DNA from: Carcharhinus longimanus | Lineage: Eukaryota | DNA length: 64,000 bases | Assembly (NCBI GenBank): GCA_030264375.1 | Contig: JASCQW010000190.1 | Span: 15,843,219 to 15,907,218, forward strand | Direction: 5' to 3' | In this document: in pieces, positions 37,920-51,755 of the stretch | Layout: each line of letters opens with the position of its first letter | Numbering within the stretch: the first letter of the stretch is position 1 | Notes under the pieces: model-generated | Told to the model about the DNA's origin: nothing | Databases searched by the model: none | The model's input: only the letters and a program-made list of their open reading frames with translations | Position numbers and translations under genes: made by a program

Positions 37920-38520
37920 TCCAGATGTGACCATCGCTGGCTGGCCAGCATTTATTATAGATCCCTAATAACCTTTAAGAAGCTGATGGTGAGCTGCCTA
38001 CTCGGATTGCTGTCTCTGTGGTGTGGTACTGTTAAGAAAGGAGTGACCCAGCAAGACTAAAAGAAGTGATATATTTCCAAGTCAAGATGGTATGTGACTT
38101 AGAGGGGAACTTCCAGATGGCGGTGTCCCTATTTGTCTGCTACCCAAGTCCTTTTAGATGGGAGGAGTCATGGATTTCAAAGATGCTGCCACTGCCTAAG
38201 GAACCGTGGTGAATTCCTGTGGCCCATTTTGAACATGGTACATGCTGCTGCTACTGTGCTTTGGTGGCAGAGAGTGAATGTTTGTGGATGGAGTGCCAAT
38301 CAAGTGGGCTGCATTGCCCTGACAGTGTCAAGTTTCTTGAGTGATGTTGGAACTGCACTTGTCCAGGCAAGTGGAGAGTATTCTCACATCACATTCCTGA
38401 CTTGTGCTTTGTAAATGGTGGACAGGCTTCAGGAAGGCAGCTGCGTTAATTGCTTCAAGATTACTAGCCTCTGACCAGTTCTTGTAGCTAAAGTATTTAT
38501 ATGGCTAGTCCAGTTCAATC
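37920..38520 (-). mobile_element. LINE family A 3' fragment
   Basis: Reverse complement of the ...tacaaagcacaagtcaggaatgtg...aatactctccacttgcctgg... region and the shared tail. Confidence 0.85.
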
Positions 38521-38821
38521 AAACATAAATGCCAGAGGTGTAATTAAGTTTTTATAAATCGTATTTATTTCAGATTCCAAGAGACCAACAACTCGCATTC
38601 ACATAGGACGTTTCACCCCATGAAAGGAGCTTTGATGGTCAAATTTCGACACTGAACCACACAAAATATTTGTGACCAAAAGCCTGGGCAAAGACAAAAA
38701 ATAATCAGTTTCTGGTCTAACTCCTAATCGACACCTCCTGCTTGAGTTTAGAAATTGTACAAGAAAAGCACAGCAAAAATTCAAATGTTTTCAGAAACAA
38801 AGTGCAAAAACCCCAGGGTTA

Positions 38822-39092
38822 AAAGTTTCAGTGTCACAAGTAGGCTTATATTAACCCTGCAATGAAGTTACTGAACATCCTCTAGTCACCACACTCCGGC
38901 GCTTGATCGGGTGCACTGAGGGAGAATTTAGCATGGCTAATGCGTCTAACCAGCATGTTTTACGAACTGTGGGTGAAAACCAGTGCACCCTGAGGAAACC
39001 CAAGCAGACATGGGGAGAAGATGCAGATTCCACACAGGCAGTGACCCAAGCCAGTAATCAAACCCGGATTCCTGGCACTGTGAGGCAGCAGC
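38822..39092 (-). mobile_element. V-SINE, tail type B
   Basis: Reverse complement of 23999-24300. Confidence 0.88.
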
Positions 39093-39940
39093 ACAAACCT
39101 TGCAATATCAGTAAGGTGTTAAAATTTAAAAGTGGTTGACAAAACGTTTGTGAAGGCTTAGATTTCAAACTTAAGAATTAGATTAGCAAGAGTGAGAATT
39201 CAGTTAAACTTATTGGATCAATTGCGCAAGCCAATAATGGGTTATAGCACAAAGAAGGGATTATACTGTCGCTGGCTGGTGAGAACGGGAATCAATACAA
39301 ACTCAACTACTTTCCTCAAAGGCTCATTAAATTTACCAGCAACGGAATAAGCAATGCAGGTTAGGATGGCTGCAGATAGAATACTCAGTTGGTGCTGAAC
39401 CAAAGATAGGCAGTGCTGGCGGTACTTCAATTGGCTCCAACCTCTTCAGATTATCATTGTGGAAGGAATTCAGCCAATATCCGGTAATTGTTAGAAGCGT
39501 GTGCACAGGGCAGTTGCAAAAAACTAATTCTTCATACAGTCAAACAGTTAGCCAGAATTCCATCACAAATTATAACTATTAGACAGCAACTTATACCTGT
39601 TGAATCATACTTTGGTACATACCCTGTCTTGGAATGTAGGAAAAGAAAACTAAACTAAAAAACTAAACTAAAACTAAAAAGAAAAACAGCAAGAGAAAAA
39701 TATAGCTTTGATAAGTTAGTGCACTATGTCCAATTGTCTTTAGAAGCTCCAAGTATCTTTCTATTGAACAGGGGTAAAATTAGTCTTAAAATTAAATTTG
39801 CCTTTGGCTTCTGATGCTTAAAACAATATGCACTGCACAGATCCACTTTGAAAGGATTTTTACCTCTACCACTGAAGATGAATGGAAGTAATGTTGTCAC
39901 TCCTTTGCCTGTAAATAAAATCTCAAAGCTTAGTGAAGTG

Positions 39941-40220
39941 AAGTTTATTTATTAGTCACAAGTAAGGCTTGCATTAACACCGCAATGAAGTTACTGTGAA
40001 ATTCCCCTAGTCGCCACAGTCCGGCACCTGTTCAAGCCAATGCATCTAACCAGCACGTCTTTCAGGATGTGGGAGGAAACCGTAGCTCCCAGAAGAAACC
40101 CAAGCAGACACAGGGAGAATGTACAAACTTCACACAGACCATGACCCAAGCCAGGAATCGAACCTAGGTCTCTGGCGCTCTGAAGCAGCAGAGTTTACCA
40201 CTGTGCTACCGGGCCACCCC
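39941..40220 (-). mobile_element. V-SINE, tail type B
   Basis: Full head-core-tail; tail reads aagtttatttattagtcaca on plus. Confidence 0.9.
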
Positions 40221-42153
40221 AAAGGAAGGATCTCATCGTACATGGATAGGATCTGACCTAAAGAAAATGGATAGATCCTGGAATTTTTTTTTAAGTATCC
40301 GTTAACATTGGGAGATAGGGTGAATTGACTTTTTAATGGAATATTATCATTGTTTTGGAATGTTGAAAGCAGTCTCAGTTGCTGTGTTAGAATTTGTTAT
40401 ACCTGTCAAAATGCAAACAGAGTTTTCTGAGCAGGTTGTTCGGTTTGCATTCGCTTAAATATGGATAAATATTAAACATAAATAAATATTGAAATGTAGT
40501 TGAATGTTGAGCTAATACAGCATGAGAAGATGTGAACTGTACAGAGTCAAAACAACTGGCAAACCCCTCTTTTGAATGTGTTCTTGCAACTTTATTTTAG
40601 CTCAAAGTAGAAACTTCAAAATAAAATCTGTACTCCAAAATACACAAGTCACCCTTGATTTGTATGAATTGTAGAGTAGTCTGATACGTATTTCCCAGAA
40701 AAAATACCAAAATGATTCAAAGCACAAAAATAAATTTGATATTACTTTCCACTTAAGGTTGCAACATACTTTGAATTTAAAAATTTCACCAAGAATTTTA
40801 AAAATGTTGCTTATCTCAATATTAAACAAACTTCATGTAATCATCAGTGCACACATTTGAAATGACGTTCAGTGCTATACATCGTATTTATCTTTAAGAG
40901 TTTACATGTATATTTTCTAAAGACCCCACTCTGCCACATAATTAGCAAATTATCCAAGAGGTGAAAGCAAGTTTTGTGCTTTATGAAATTGGGAAACCTC
41001 TATATTATGTTTAATGCATGATTATAGATAAACAGCATCTGCTAATGAATATGCTTCTAATTAGACCATTTCTTAGTAAACTATCTGCAGATTAGCCAAG
41101 ATGGAGAAACTTTGTTTGAAGGTTATCAGATGATCTAGATCAGTGCACTGCATGTAAGGCATTAACGGAGTGAAGAGCAAATCAAGTAATTCAATGCAGA
41201 TCTGTAATGACTTTGTTAAAATTTAGTTAAATGATCTTTATTCAGGAAGCCTATTGATCTGAAAGATTTTGTACATTTTTTCTTCAATATCAAACACAGT
41301 TTCAGTTAATTCTAAAGGCCAGCTCTACGCAGAGGACTGGAACCTTAACTCATTCGTACAATTATTGCAATGATGGCTATCAAACATTAACTTACCCAAG
41401 TGTTCCAAATTTTTTTTTAAGTGTCTGAAGATAGTTTAAAAACTCTAGGGGAATGACTATTTCAAATGCTCGTGTTCCCATTTAAACAAATCCACAGATG
41501 CTGCAGTCAACTGAAAACCCAGGTATTTGTATTTAGTGCCTTTTAGATTGAACATAGGATAAGTAGTTTGGGTATTTTCAGAGACAGAAACAAAGGTTGG
41601 TGAGACTCTTGCATGACCACCATACATAACTTAATGCAAAGGGCAATTCATAGTTAGGTGCACTGATCCAAACAGGCTCCGGACTATGGCGACTAGGGGG
41701 ATTTCACAGCATATATTGGCACAGTGTCTTCTCTCCATACAGCCGGAAATACAAACTATGACTTTGGCCTAGCAATTAGGGAGACTGCTGTTCAAAATTT
41801 TAGGTTTTGCTATATTGCATAATTAGCTAAATAAAATGCTTGCTGAATTTTTAAACCTCGCTTAGCGAAAAGAAAAATAATAGTAATCTTAGGAATTGGA
41901 TGAAGACATATCATTAATGTGGATTCGGCAGCAATTTCAGTGCAAGAGTAGTCCTGTACATGTTCCTCCAGAAACAAAGCATGCTATATATTCATGTGTA
42001 AAAGTTTTCTATGTAAAAGTCAACACTATGACTTCTGGCTTCAAGAAAGAGTCCACCTTAGTTTTCTCCAGACCAAATTTCAGAACCAAGTAAAACTTTT
42101 ACCATTGCACTGAAAATTTCAATTCATTATTCAATCAAAAGTTACTCCCAACC

Positions 42154-43253
42154 TGTTAGGAGCTAGCGTAAGTTATTTACATTTCTGCATATAGCTTTAA
42201 GTTTAATTTATATTTCTGCATGTGTTGAGAAAGGGAGAATCTGAGCTTTGGATTTTGCCTGAAAGTCTGAGAGTTTGGATTGCATTTTAATGAGGTTTTA
42301 TTATTCTTGAAGGTGGGGTGGGGAGGGGGGGGGGGCGGTGATTTCCAGAAGTTCAAATAAAACAGGAAAGACTAAGCTGTTGCTTAGCAGTAGGACCCAC
42401 ACAGGGAGAAATATGAAGACGTTCTAGTTGGAGGAAGGTGTTCGAAGGTGCTAGACAGAGATAATGAATAGGAGTTGCAAAAAACAGGGAGTAGGCAAAG
42501 TCTCAGAAAGACACCCAAGTCAAGGAACAACATCAGGAATCTGAACAAGGTCTTGTTCAGTGAAGTTAAAGAAAAGAGCAGAGGAAAAAGCTTTGAATTA
42601 AAGAGAGAAAGCTGAGAAGAACAGAATTCACTAGTTTGCAAGAAGCCAGAACAGAGGAGACAGCCAAATATTTGTGACTACTTCCGCAAACTTGTGTACA
42701 ATACTATCCTGTTGGCATGGCTGAGTTTCCGAGAGATGCTTGGAATGCTGGTGGCAATCTGGGGAAATGAGAGGTTGATATCCTGGAGGTGGATCCTTGT
42801 TGTTTGTCCAGATGAAAGCATAGTTTGGGAAAAAATTCCAAGAAGAGTTCTCAGAGTGGAGATTGGAAATCCAAGTTAAAAGAGCTTCTGAGACAACAAG
42901 TGGCTCAATGTGACAAGCATCTGGACAAGCATTTGGCCATATATTACCTACTGGTGTGCATGGGCTGTACTTACAGTGAACATGAGTGTACAAGATAGAA
43001 TTTGTGACTTATGTTGACCTTACAATTCTGAAATATCTGTGAAGTTATGGCTGGGGTAAAAGAAGTGTGATATCATTCATTTCTTGTTTAATGAGTGTTT
43101 TATTCTTTTGTTAAAGTCCTTTGCCAGACCCTGTGGCTCTATTAATTAGCTGCCCTCGGGTTTCTAAATGAAAAATAAAGTTCGGATCAATCAGGCCAGG
43201 TTCCATCTTGGGGTGTGACATGTCCAGTAGCAACATCAGCTGGGATCACAGCA
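42154..43253 (+). mobile_element. Candidate Gypsy-like solo LTR (~1.1 kb)
   Basis: Starts TGTTAGGA and ends GGGATCACAGCA. AATAAA about 80 nt before the end; purine-rich body; no TSD. Confidence 0.5.
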
Positions 43254-43399
43254 TTAATCTGTTTTCCTCCAATTTCCTCTTGACAATTAAAATAGGAAAA
43301 ATGTAGGTTGATTTTAGATTTTTGGGGGGGAATAAACTGGCAGATTCTTTTGAGCGCCGTGTTAGGTGTGCTTTAATTGAAAGTACTATAGATTGCAAC

Positions 43400-43852
43400 A
43401 TACACATTGACGATTAAAGCCTGCAAAAATCTTTCCAACAACATGGGTTGATTTGTATGCCAAGTAGAACATTAACTGCCATTTTTAAACCAGCTTTGTA
43501 CTTCATTCTTTTTGCCGGAGAAGCCATTTCTGTTCGTAATTTGTCCTGCAAGATCTGCTGTGTGAACGCATGTAAACACTTGTACATCTTCTTGGCAACA
43601 TTGCCCGTATTGCCTGCTTGATCCCACATGTAAGACGAGTGCATTTGAGGTTAAGTTGAGGTAGACACCTAATGAGCGTATAGCACTTGGGCAGAAAGAG
43701 AGGGGGTCGACATACGTCAAATGTAAACCTAAATTTGTGCCCAAAAATATAGGGTCAACTTGTAAATTGCAATCTAAAGTGTAAAATTTGAAGCTAGCTC
43801 CTCAGCCTTTTGCCTAAAAACTAATTTGACTTGTGCACTTGTATGTACAGTA
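43400..43852 (-). mobile_element. pogo-family element 5' end relic
   Basis: MASPAKRMKYKAGLK resembles a pogo N-terminal DNA-binding start. Terminal TACTGTA and repeated AAGTCGACC-like subterminal motifs. Confidence 0.6.
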
Positions 43853-44060
43853 ACCACAAAGTTACTCACTGGAAATACTAGATCAATTAGAGAAAGAACA
43901 ATTAAATTAATCTAGATTCAACCACAAAATTACCGACACAGGAATTACTTACTGGATCTTTTGTGAGAAAACTATTACAATTAGATCTATCTAGATGAAC
44001 CATAAAAACTTTACACTCAATTTCAAATTTTTTTCCATCTCTGGCAAAACAATGGCAAAT

Positions 44061-44354
44061 AGAATTATCAAATCCTACGGTGCAGGAGGTCGCCATTCGG
44101 ATCGAAGGCGCACCAACCACAATCCCACCCAGGCTTTTTACCTTAACTCCACATATTTATCCTGCTAGTCCCCCTGACATTAAGGGGCAATTTAACATGG
44201 CCAATCCACCTAACCCACACATCTTGGTGCTGTGGGAGGAAACCTATGCAGACACAGGGAGAACGTGCAAACTCCACACAGACAGCGACCCAACGCTGGA
44301 ATCGAACCTGGGACCTGGCACTGTGAGGCAGCAGTGCTAACCACTGTGCCGCCC
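44061..44354 (-). mobile_element. V-SINE, tail type A (CR1-like tail)
   Basis: Head gggcggcacagtggttagcactgctgcc; tail gaatggcgacctcctgcaccgtaggat. Confidence 0.9.
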
Positions 44355-44459
44355 ACAGTTCCATCTAGACATAGAACTGCTCATTCAGCTAATTCTGTAA
44401 AAATTAAAAATGAAATACCTACAATAATTTTAAAAAGACCTTCTAAACTAATCAAGGGC

Positions 44460-44720
44460 AGAGGATGCTGGAAACACTTAGCAGGTCTTGCAGCATCCAT
44501 AAGCAGAGTTGGTCTTCATCAAGAGAGAACATGTCAGATATTTAAGTGTAGCTGTGAGAGGTTGCCACAGTTATGAGAGATTGCCACAAAATGTTGCAAA
44601 TTTAAGAACAAAAACTTGACGATAACTGTTTTCTCTCCTTGATGCTCCCAGAGCTGCTGAGTTTTTCCAGCATCCACTGCTCATTTCAGAAACCAGCATC
44701 CATAGTATTTTGCTTATTTT
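44460..44720. repeat. Penelope-like inverted terminal-repeat relic
   Basis: Arm ggatgctggaaacacttagcagg pairs with gctgctgagtttttccagcatcc. Confidence 0.55.
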
Positions 44721-45292
44721 ACAAATGATTCAAATACTTATCTTCTGAGAAAAATTATTCTGTATTCACCCACGTTAAAAATGCTATTTATAACATTCTA
44801 ACATCTTATAATAGTTCAACGTACACATTTAAATCAAGGTGCTTTAGAAAAAAATTCTAAGGCAAAAATTGAGTCAAAGTTGATGCAGCAAATATCTAAA
44901 ACCACAAATCACAATGACCGGGGAACTGCTGGAGTATTCAGTATATGGAAATTTTAATTTGCTGCACTAAGCTGCATCATTCAATACCTCAGGTCCTTCA
45001 GGAGACTAGCCAAAATAACCCAATAAAGTCCTATTACAATTGCTTCCATCTCCTTGCTATTATGTCATCAAAATATTTGAAGCAAACATCCAAACAAATA
45101 GTTGGCTTTAGGTGCCATACAATCTTGTGTCTTTGCAGTTGTGGTTTGTTTTACTGTTGAATGTATCAATGTAAACACAAATATATATATTATTCAAGAC
45201 AGCCAAACTTTCCTGGTCTGGGACTAGGAAGATGGAGATGATAGGATTACAAGTCCCAAGGTAGGTGAGGCATCATCCAAAAGTATTCTGGA

Positions 45293-45596
45293 TAGAGTCT
45301 CAGAATCCCTACAGTGCAGAAAACAACCATTCAGCCCATTGAACCTACATTGGCAACAATCCCACCCAGGCCCTATCCCCGTAACTGCTGTATTTATCCT
45401 GCTAGCCCTCCTGACAGTAAGGGTCAATTCAGCATGGCCAATCAACCTAACTCGCTCATCTTTGGACATTCAGAGACCAGAGCACCTGGAGGAAACCCAC
45501 ACAGACCTGGTGAGAATGTGCAAACTCCACACCTGAGGCCGGAACTGAACTTGGTCCCTGGTGCTGTGAGGTAGCAACACTAACCACTATGCCACC
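45293..45596 (-). mobile_element. V-SINE, tail type A
   Basis: Homologous to 44061-44354 and 60243-60555. Confidence 0.9.
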
Positions 45597-46014
45597 TGAT
45601 GTGTTGCAGTTTTTGNNNNNNNNNNNNNNNNNNNNNNNNNNNNNNNNNNNNNNNNNNNNNNNNNNNNNNNNNNNNNNNNNNNNNNNNNNNNNNNNNNNNN
45701 NNNNNNNNNNNNNNNTTAAAGAATCACAGGAAACAGGAGACCTCAGATACAATGTGACAAAAGCATAAACTGAGTTGGCAGTGCAGGACAGAATGCGATA
45801 GAAGCAGGAGAGATGTAATAAAAGCGACTCAGTGACAGAATGGATAGAGGAAAGAAGCTTTATATACATGCAGAAGCTGATCCAATGGGGTCATGCAACA
45901 TCGCATGGTATACATATTAAACAAAAGACATTGACTCATACCAGTGCAGAAAACTGACGGAATGATCTGGAACAGGAAGCGATGGAAAGATCTTTGTCGC
46001 AAACAAAAATTAAA

Positions 46015-47735
46015 CGTCAAGAGGCTATTCCCCTTGTAGGGGTGCCTAAGACCAGAAAGCATAATTGCAGAGCAAGGTGTGACCCATTGAAGAGAGATGA
46101 GGAGGAATTTCCAAGAGGAGCAAATCCATGGAATTCTTCACCACAGAGAACAAAGAAAACTACAGCACAAGAACAGGCCCTTCATCCCTCCAAGCCTGCA
46201 CAGACCATGCTGCCCAACTAAATCCCCCCCCCCCCCCCCCCCCCCCCACCCTTCTGGGGACCATATCACTCTATTCCCATCCTATTCATGTACTTGTCAA
46301 GATGCCCCTTAAAAGTCACAACCGTATCCACTTCCTTCCCCAGCAACGAGTTCCAGGCACCCACTATAAAAAAAACTGCCTTGTACATCTTCTTTAAAGC
46401 TTGACCCTTGCACTTTAAACCTATGCCCCCTAGTAACTGACTCTTCCAACCTGGGAAAAAGCTTCTGACTATCCACTCTGTCCATGCCTCTCATCATTGT
46501 GTAGATTTCTATCAGGTCTCCCCTCAACCTCAGTCACTCCACTGAGAACAAACCAAGTTTCTCCAACCTCTCCTTATAGCTAATGCCCGCCATACCAGGC
46601 AACATCCTGGTAGATCTTTTCTGTACCCTCTCATTAAGCCTTCATAACCTTCTGGTACTGTCGCAACCAAAGCTGAATACTATATTCCAACTGCAGCCTA
46701 AGCTTCTATAAAACTGCATCATAACTTGCCAATTTTTAAACTCAATACCATGCCCAATGAAGGCAAGCATGCCATATGCCTTCTTGACTACCTTCTCCAC
46801 CTGCACTGCCACTTTCAGTGACCTGTATACCTGTACACTCAGATCCCTTTACCTTTCAATGCTTATAAGAGTTCTGCCATTTACTGCATATTTCCTATCT
46901 GTATTAGATTTTCCAAAATGCATTACCTCACGTTGTCCAGATTAAACTCCATCTGCCATCTCTCCGCCCAAGTCTCCAACTGATCTATATCCTCCTGTAT
47001 CCTCTGATGGTCTTCATCGCTATCCACAAATCCACCAACCTTTGTGTCATCCGCAAACTTACTAATTAATCCAGTTACATTTTCCTCCAGATCATTTATA
47101 TATATGTTACAAACAGCAAAGGTCCCAGTACTGATCCCTGAGGAACACCACTTGTTCTTGGATTTTGGGTTCATGTCACACTATTTGTAACCCCATGACT
47201 TGCCTGGACTTGCAACATCTCACTTACTGTCCTGTCCGGAGACAATACACATCTCTTTAACCTATGCTTAATGCTATCTCTACTCACATTGCCTGCACCT
47301 TAAAGACCAGATTAGTTGTAAAGACTAACATTCTAATCAGTATTCTGATTAGGCCGGTTCACCGGCCTGTAATTACCTGGATTATTCTTGCTACCCTTCT
47401 TAAAGAACAGAACAGCATTGGCTATTCTCCAATCCTCTGGGACTCCCTTGTAGCTAGTGAGGATACAGAGATTTCTCTCAGTACTCTGGGGTATATCCCA
47501 TCAGGCCCTGGGGACTTGTCTACCTGCAGGATGGCCAAGTCCGCAGTGCAATGTAAACCAACATAATAAGAGGGTTGTAGAGGCTGGATCATTACGTTTG
47601 AGGATGAGACACAGATTTCAGCAAGGGAATCAAGAGTTACAGGGATAATATGTTGAGGATTATCTTATCAGATCAGTCGTGTCATTGAATAAGTGAAGCA
47701 GACTCAATGGGCCAAATGGTCTACTTATGCTCTTT
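46015..47735 (+). mobile_element. Old CR1 3' fragment split by nested insertions (arms 46015-46148 and 47567-47735)
   Basis: ...tggaattcttcaccacagag resumes as agagggttgtagaggctgga...gggccaaatggtctact. Confidence 0.7.
46145..47540 (-). mobile_element. CR1 LINE RT and 3' fragment, with an unrelated repeat at ~47160-47350
   Basis: Encodes IYINDLEENVTGLISKFADDTKVGG, RGDLIEIYTMMRGMDRVDS...RGHRFKV, and VDKSPGPDGIYPR. Confidence 0.92.
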
Positions 47736-48239
47736 TAAGCACTTGAGCAGTTGGGAAACTGAGTTATCATATAGGTGAAATCTAAAGCACAGTGGCTGCA
47801 TTTGGGAGCAAAAGTAGCTTTAAGTTAAGAACTTGTCAGCCATTGTTAGTATTTGCCAAGGCTAAGAATCAGGAAAGAGCAACATGAATGGAAACTAAAC
47901 ATGGATGAACAGGAGAAAGCCTGGAGACAAGTGACAGCAGACAAACATCCATTTCATTCCTGACAAGCAATGTGTCATGTTGCTTTCTCCATAGCAACAA
48001 TTAATCAGAATTAGCCAAATAATCATCACCCTTTTCTGTGTTGTATAAGTTGCTGTGATGATTGAAATTTGGCATTTTTGCATTTGTGCTGAAAACTGCA
48101 ACATGTAATTTGGGTGCTATTTTGCTGCTCGCATGCGCATCAATTAGATGCAATCCTAATGTATCTGCACTAATAAGTTCCTTTCTTCACACAAGCTATC
48201 CATTATCGGTCTACTATTTCACTCCATTCTCAACTATCC

Positions 48240-48800
48240 AACTGGTATCATGGACATGAATAAACAATCCTGCGGGATGCTTGACGATTAGCATGGTTTT
48301 ATGTTTGAAAATTACCACGTTTCAACTTCATTCCATTGGACGTGCAGATTGGTACCACAGGGAATTATTTCATCTCAAGTCCAGTCGTTTACACTAGAAA
48401 TATTTTCAAACCTTTCCACTCCACAGTTTGGTTGCTGGGTATATCGAAACTCATGAGCCTTTCATCTATGTTATCGATATGACACAACAGGTATTTGTAT
48501 TTTGCCACTGTCTGATGAATTGCTGAAAACTGGTAATTTTTGCATCAAGGACTTTTGTTAGTCTGAGTTACCTTGATCTTTAACTGCCATACTACATTTT
48601 TGTTCCATAAAGTAACTAGCAGTTGTTCTGAAATATTTGCTGGGCTCGGTTTGATTTGACCCACTTAAGTGTGTGTAAACACATTACATTTCTGGTGTTG
48701 ATGTAACCACTGACAATTTTTGAGGACCCAAACACTTCTCAGGCTTGTGCCTATTCTGATGCAGCATTTGGTCTTGGATATCTTCAGGGTGGATCGCCAT
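48240..48800 (-). mobile_element. pogo-family transposase relic
   Basis: KITSFQQFI then KYKYLLCHIDNIDERLMSFDIPSNQTVEWKGLKIFLV*TTGLE...NGMKLK, matching the pogo N(M)DE...FD.P...TV..KG...TTG.E pattern. Confidence 0.8.
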
Positions 48801-51689
48801 CTTCTCCGGCTCTTGCTTCAGTTTCTGAGTAACACCAAGTTCCCTCAGAACGGCTGACAAGTCAGCAAATGTTACAACTTCAAACCAGTTTCGGACTTCA
48901 TTCATTTTTCGGCAGATCCACTGACGTTCAGCATTCACCACTTACGGTCTGCTCATTGCTTGGAAGTGCTCATGTAATCATGGCAGCACAGTCTGTGGCA
49001 TATGAAATGAGTAAAGCATGCATTTCTAAGGTGAAGGGGCAGGGGGAATATGATTGCCTTATATGTTGAGTCAATTAAGTTAAATATAAATTTTGCCCAA
49101 ATAAATGGGCTCATCTTTTATTCACTGAATTAAGATATATATTCCATGATTTACTTACTGTATTCAATTTTTTGAATTTCTGGATCAAGATATTTGGGCC
49201 TTTGGTTTGTGTGACCATGATACATTTGTTGTCATTCGAATACCACAGAACATTAAGTCCAAAGAAACAGATGTAGAGTATAGCAGAGAATAATACACAG
49301 TCTATGTGTCAAGTACAAAGTTGGAGAGTTGACAGTGAAGGGGGCAGGTGGGGAAACAGAACTGCTCTCTCATATCAGCAATGGTTGGATACAGATCTGC
49401 AGCAAAATTTCAAACATTGTAGATCAGATTTATTTTAGTCCTTTATCAAATTTATAAAATCAAATGCAAAACAGTAGTCGTCCCAGGATGTTAGAACTAC
49501 CGAATTCCTTTTGTGATTAGGAAGGATTAATAATTATAACCTCAAATTTAGTTACCAACAAAAACAATTTTCTTTTATGTAGCATCTTTTATATCTTCAG
49601 ATTGACCCAAAATCATTCATTGCCAATTAAATATTTGTACTTGCAGTCACCATTATAGATAAATGTAACAGACGATTTGCACACAAGGACTCAAAAAAAG
49701 TGCAATTAATCAAAGTTCAATTATAAGCACAATGTCAACCGAGGTAAACTGTACATAAGATATTTATTTTACTCTGCATATTTCACTTCATTATACAATA
49801 CTGTGACCTGATGAATGCACTTTTCTTACAAGCATTATGGAAAGTAGACAGTCACCACTGGTATAGCTAAGTGACACTCCTGTACATTAATTTTAAATAT
49901 TATGAGGTTTTTTATAGTTTGAGAGTCAGTCTTGTGGTTTAATGCAAATCACAACCTGCATTACATTATTTGCAGCTGTAAGCCACCTTCAATTGTAGAA
50001 AAACACGGACACCAAAAGACTGATAAAACAACGACTAAGTGGGACAAAGATTATGCCTAAGAGACCAGTCTGAGGAATGCAGAGTATTCTGGAAGCTTCA
50101 GAGATAAAGGTTACTGAGCTGGACCAAGGGCGCACATCAGTAGACGATTCAGCAGTCAACCATACCAAAAGCTACAGAAAGGTTGAAGTGAAAAACTCAC
50201 CACAGAGAGTGTGATTTGTGACTGAGGGCTAAAAGGAGGGAGGTCATCATCATGATGGGGCTAGACATAGTCAAAAGGAAGGATTTTAAAAGAAACAAAG
50301 GTGGGAAAAAGGGAATATGTTCAAAGGAAGAAAAAAAGAACTGGGCCAGCTTTGGGAGATGACATGGCGTGATTTGGCGATGAATTTCACATGGCTACCA
50401 TGACAGTTTAGACAGGATAAGTAGCACAAAAAACAACAAGGCAACACCACAATGTCACCTCAGTTGCCCAGAATAAGATCACAGATGGGATGGCAAATGC
50501 TTTGCTAGCTGTGTAAATATTTTGGTGGTGACTNNNNNNNNNNNNNNNNNNNNNNNNNNNNNNNNNNNNNNNNNNNNNNNNNNNNNNNNNNNNNNNNNNN
50601 NNNNNNNNNNNNNNNNNNNNNNNNNNNNNNNNNNNNNNNNNNNNNNNNNNNNNNNNNNNNNNNNNNNNNNNNNNNNNNNNNNNNNNNNNNNNNNNNNNNN
50701 NNNNNNNNNNNNNNNNNNNNNNNNNNNNNNNNNNNNNNNNNNNNNNNNNNNNNNNNNNNNNNNNNNNNNNNNNNNNNNNNNNNNNNNNNNNNNNNNNNNN
50801 NNNNNNNNNNNNNNNNNNNNNNNNNNNNNNNNNNNNNNNNNNNNNNNNNNNNNNNNNNNNNNNNNNNNNNNNNNNNNAAAATGTGGATGGCTAGGGGTGG
50901 CTGTGCTGCAGCAATACTTATTGTTGCTCTGACAATGGAAGTATTGGCAGATGCCTCAGTAGAGGGCATGACACGGAACAGGTAGCTGCGACCTTAATTA
51001 ATGGAGATTCAAGTCTGATATGATAGTCGAATAGTGAGACAGCCAAGGAATAATTTGTAGTTGAGATGGGGGAAGAGGAAGGGACAATAAAGTGAGATGG
51101 GGAAAAAGGGATCTAAGGGAAGGGAAAGAAATGTAATCCGCACAACAACTAGAATGGCAGCCAAAGTGCACAGAAGCAGGCAGATACACAGGCAAACGAT
51201 AAAGAAAAACATCCACTGAATTGCATGATACATTTCAAAGTCCTGTATGAAAAGGACATGCCAAAATCAGTAATATTTTCAGAGAGCTGAAATACTGCTT
51301 GAAGTTCTCTTTTTTAAAAAAAACTTACAAATCTGAAATGATCACCAGACATGTCATTTATACATTTACTTTGCTGTTTCGCATATGGGAGATAACGAGC
51401 CAAGAGATGAAGCAACTCGGGTGCTGGAAGCCAAGTGCACCACCCAAGGAACAGTTTTAGTCCACGTCTTAAATGGCAACTTATATAAAACAAAAATTCT
51501 GAATAGCAAGGAGGCTGAAGCAGTCACGCATGAATGGGAAGGGAACAAGTTGATTCGTATTGTTCACATACCAGTGACCAATTACAGCTACGAGTGTAGA
51601 AACATTGCTACGTTCAGGGAAAATCCCAAGAGAAATTAATATACATTACTTTGCATAGCAACAGCCATTCATAGTACACATTCTACATA

Positions 51690-51755
51690 CATAGAAACAT
51701 AGAACATTACAGCACAGTACAGGCCCTTCAGCCCTCAATGTTGTGCGGAGCTATG
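51690..51755 (-). mobile_element. CR1 3' tail
   Basis: catagaaacatagaacattacagcacagtacaggcccttcagccc. Confidence 0.8.

Noticed and set aside
46224-46250. Poly-C run as a G-quadruplex element (also 2245-2270)
   Set aside because: The 46224 run is a homopolymer inside a CR1 3' region; lengths are unreliable and neither run has independent support.
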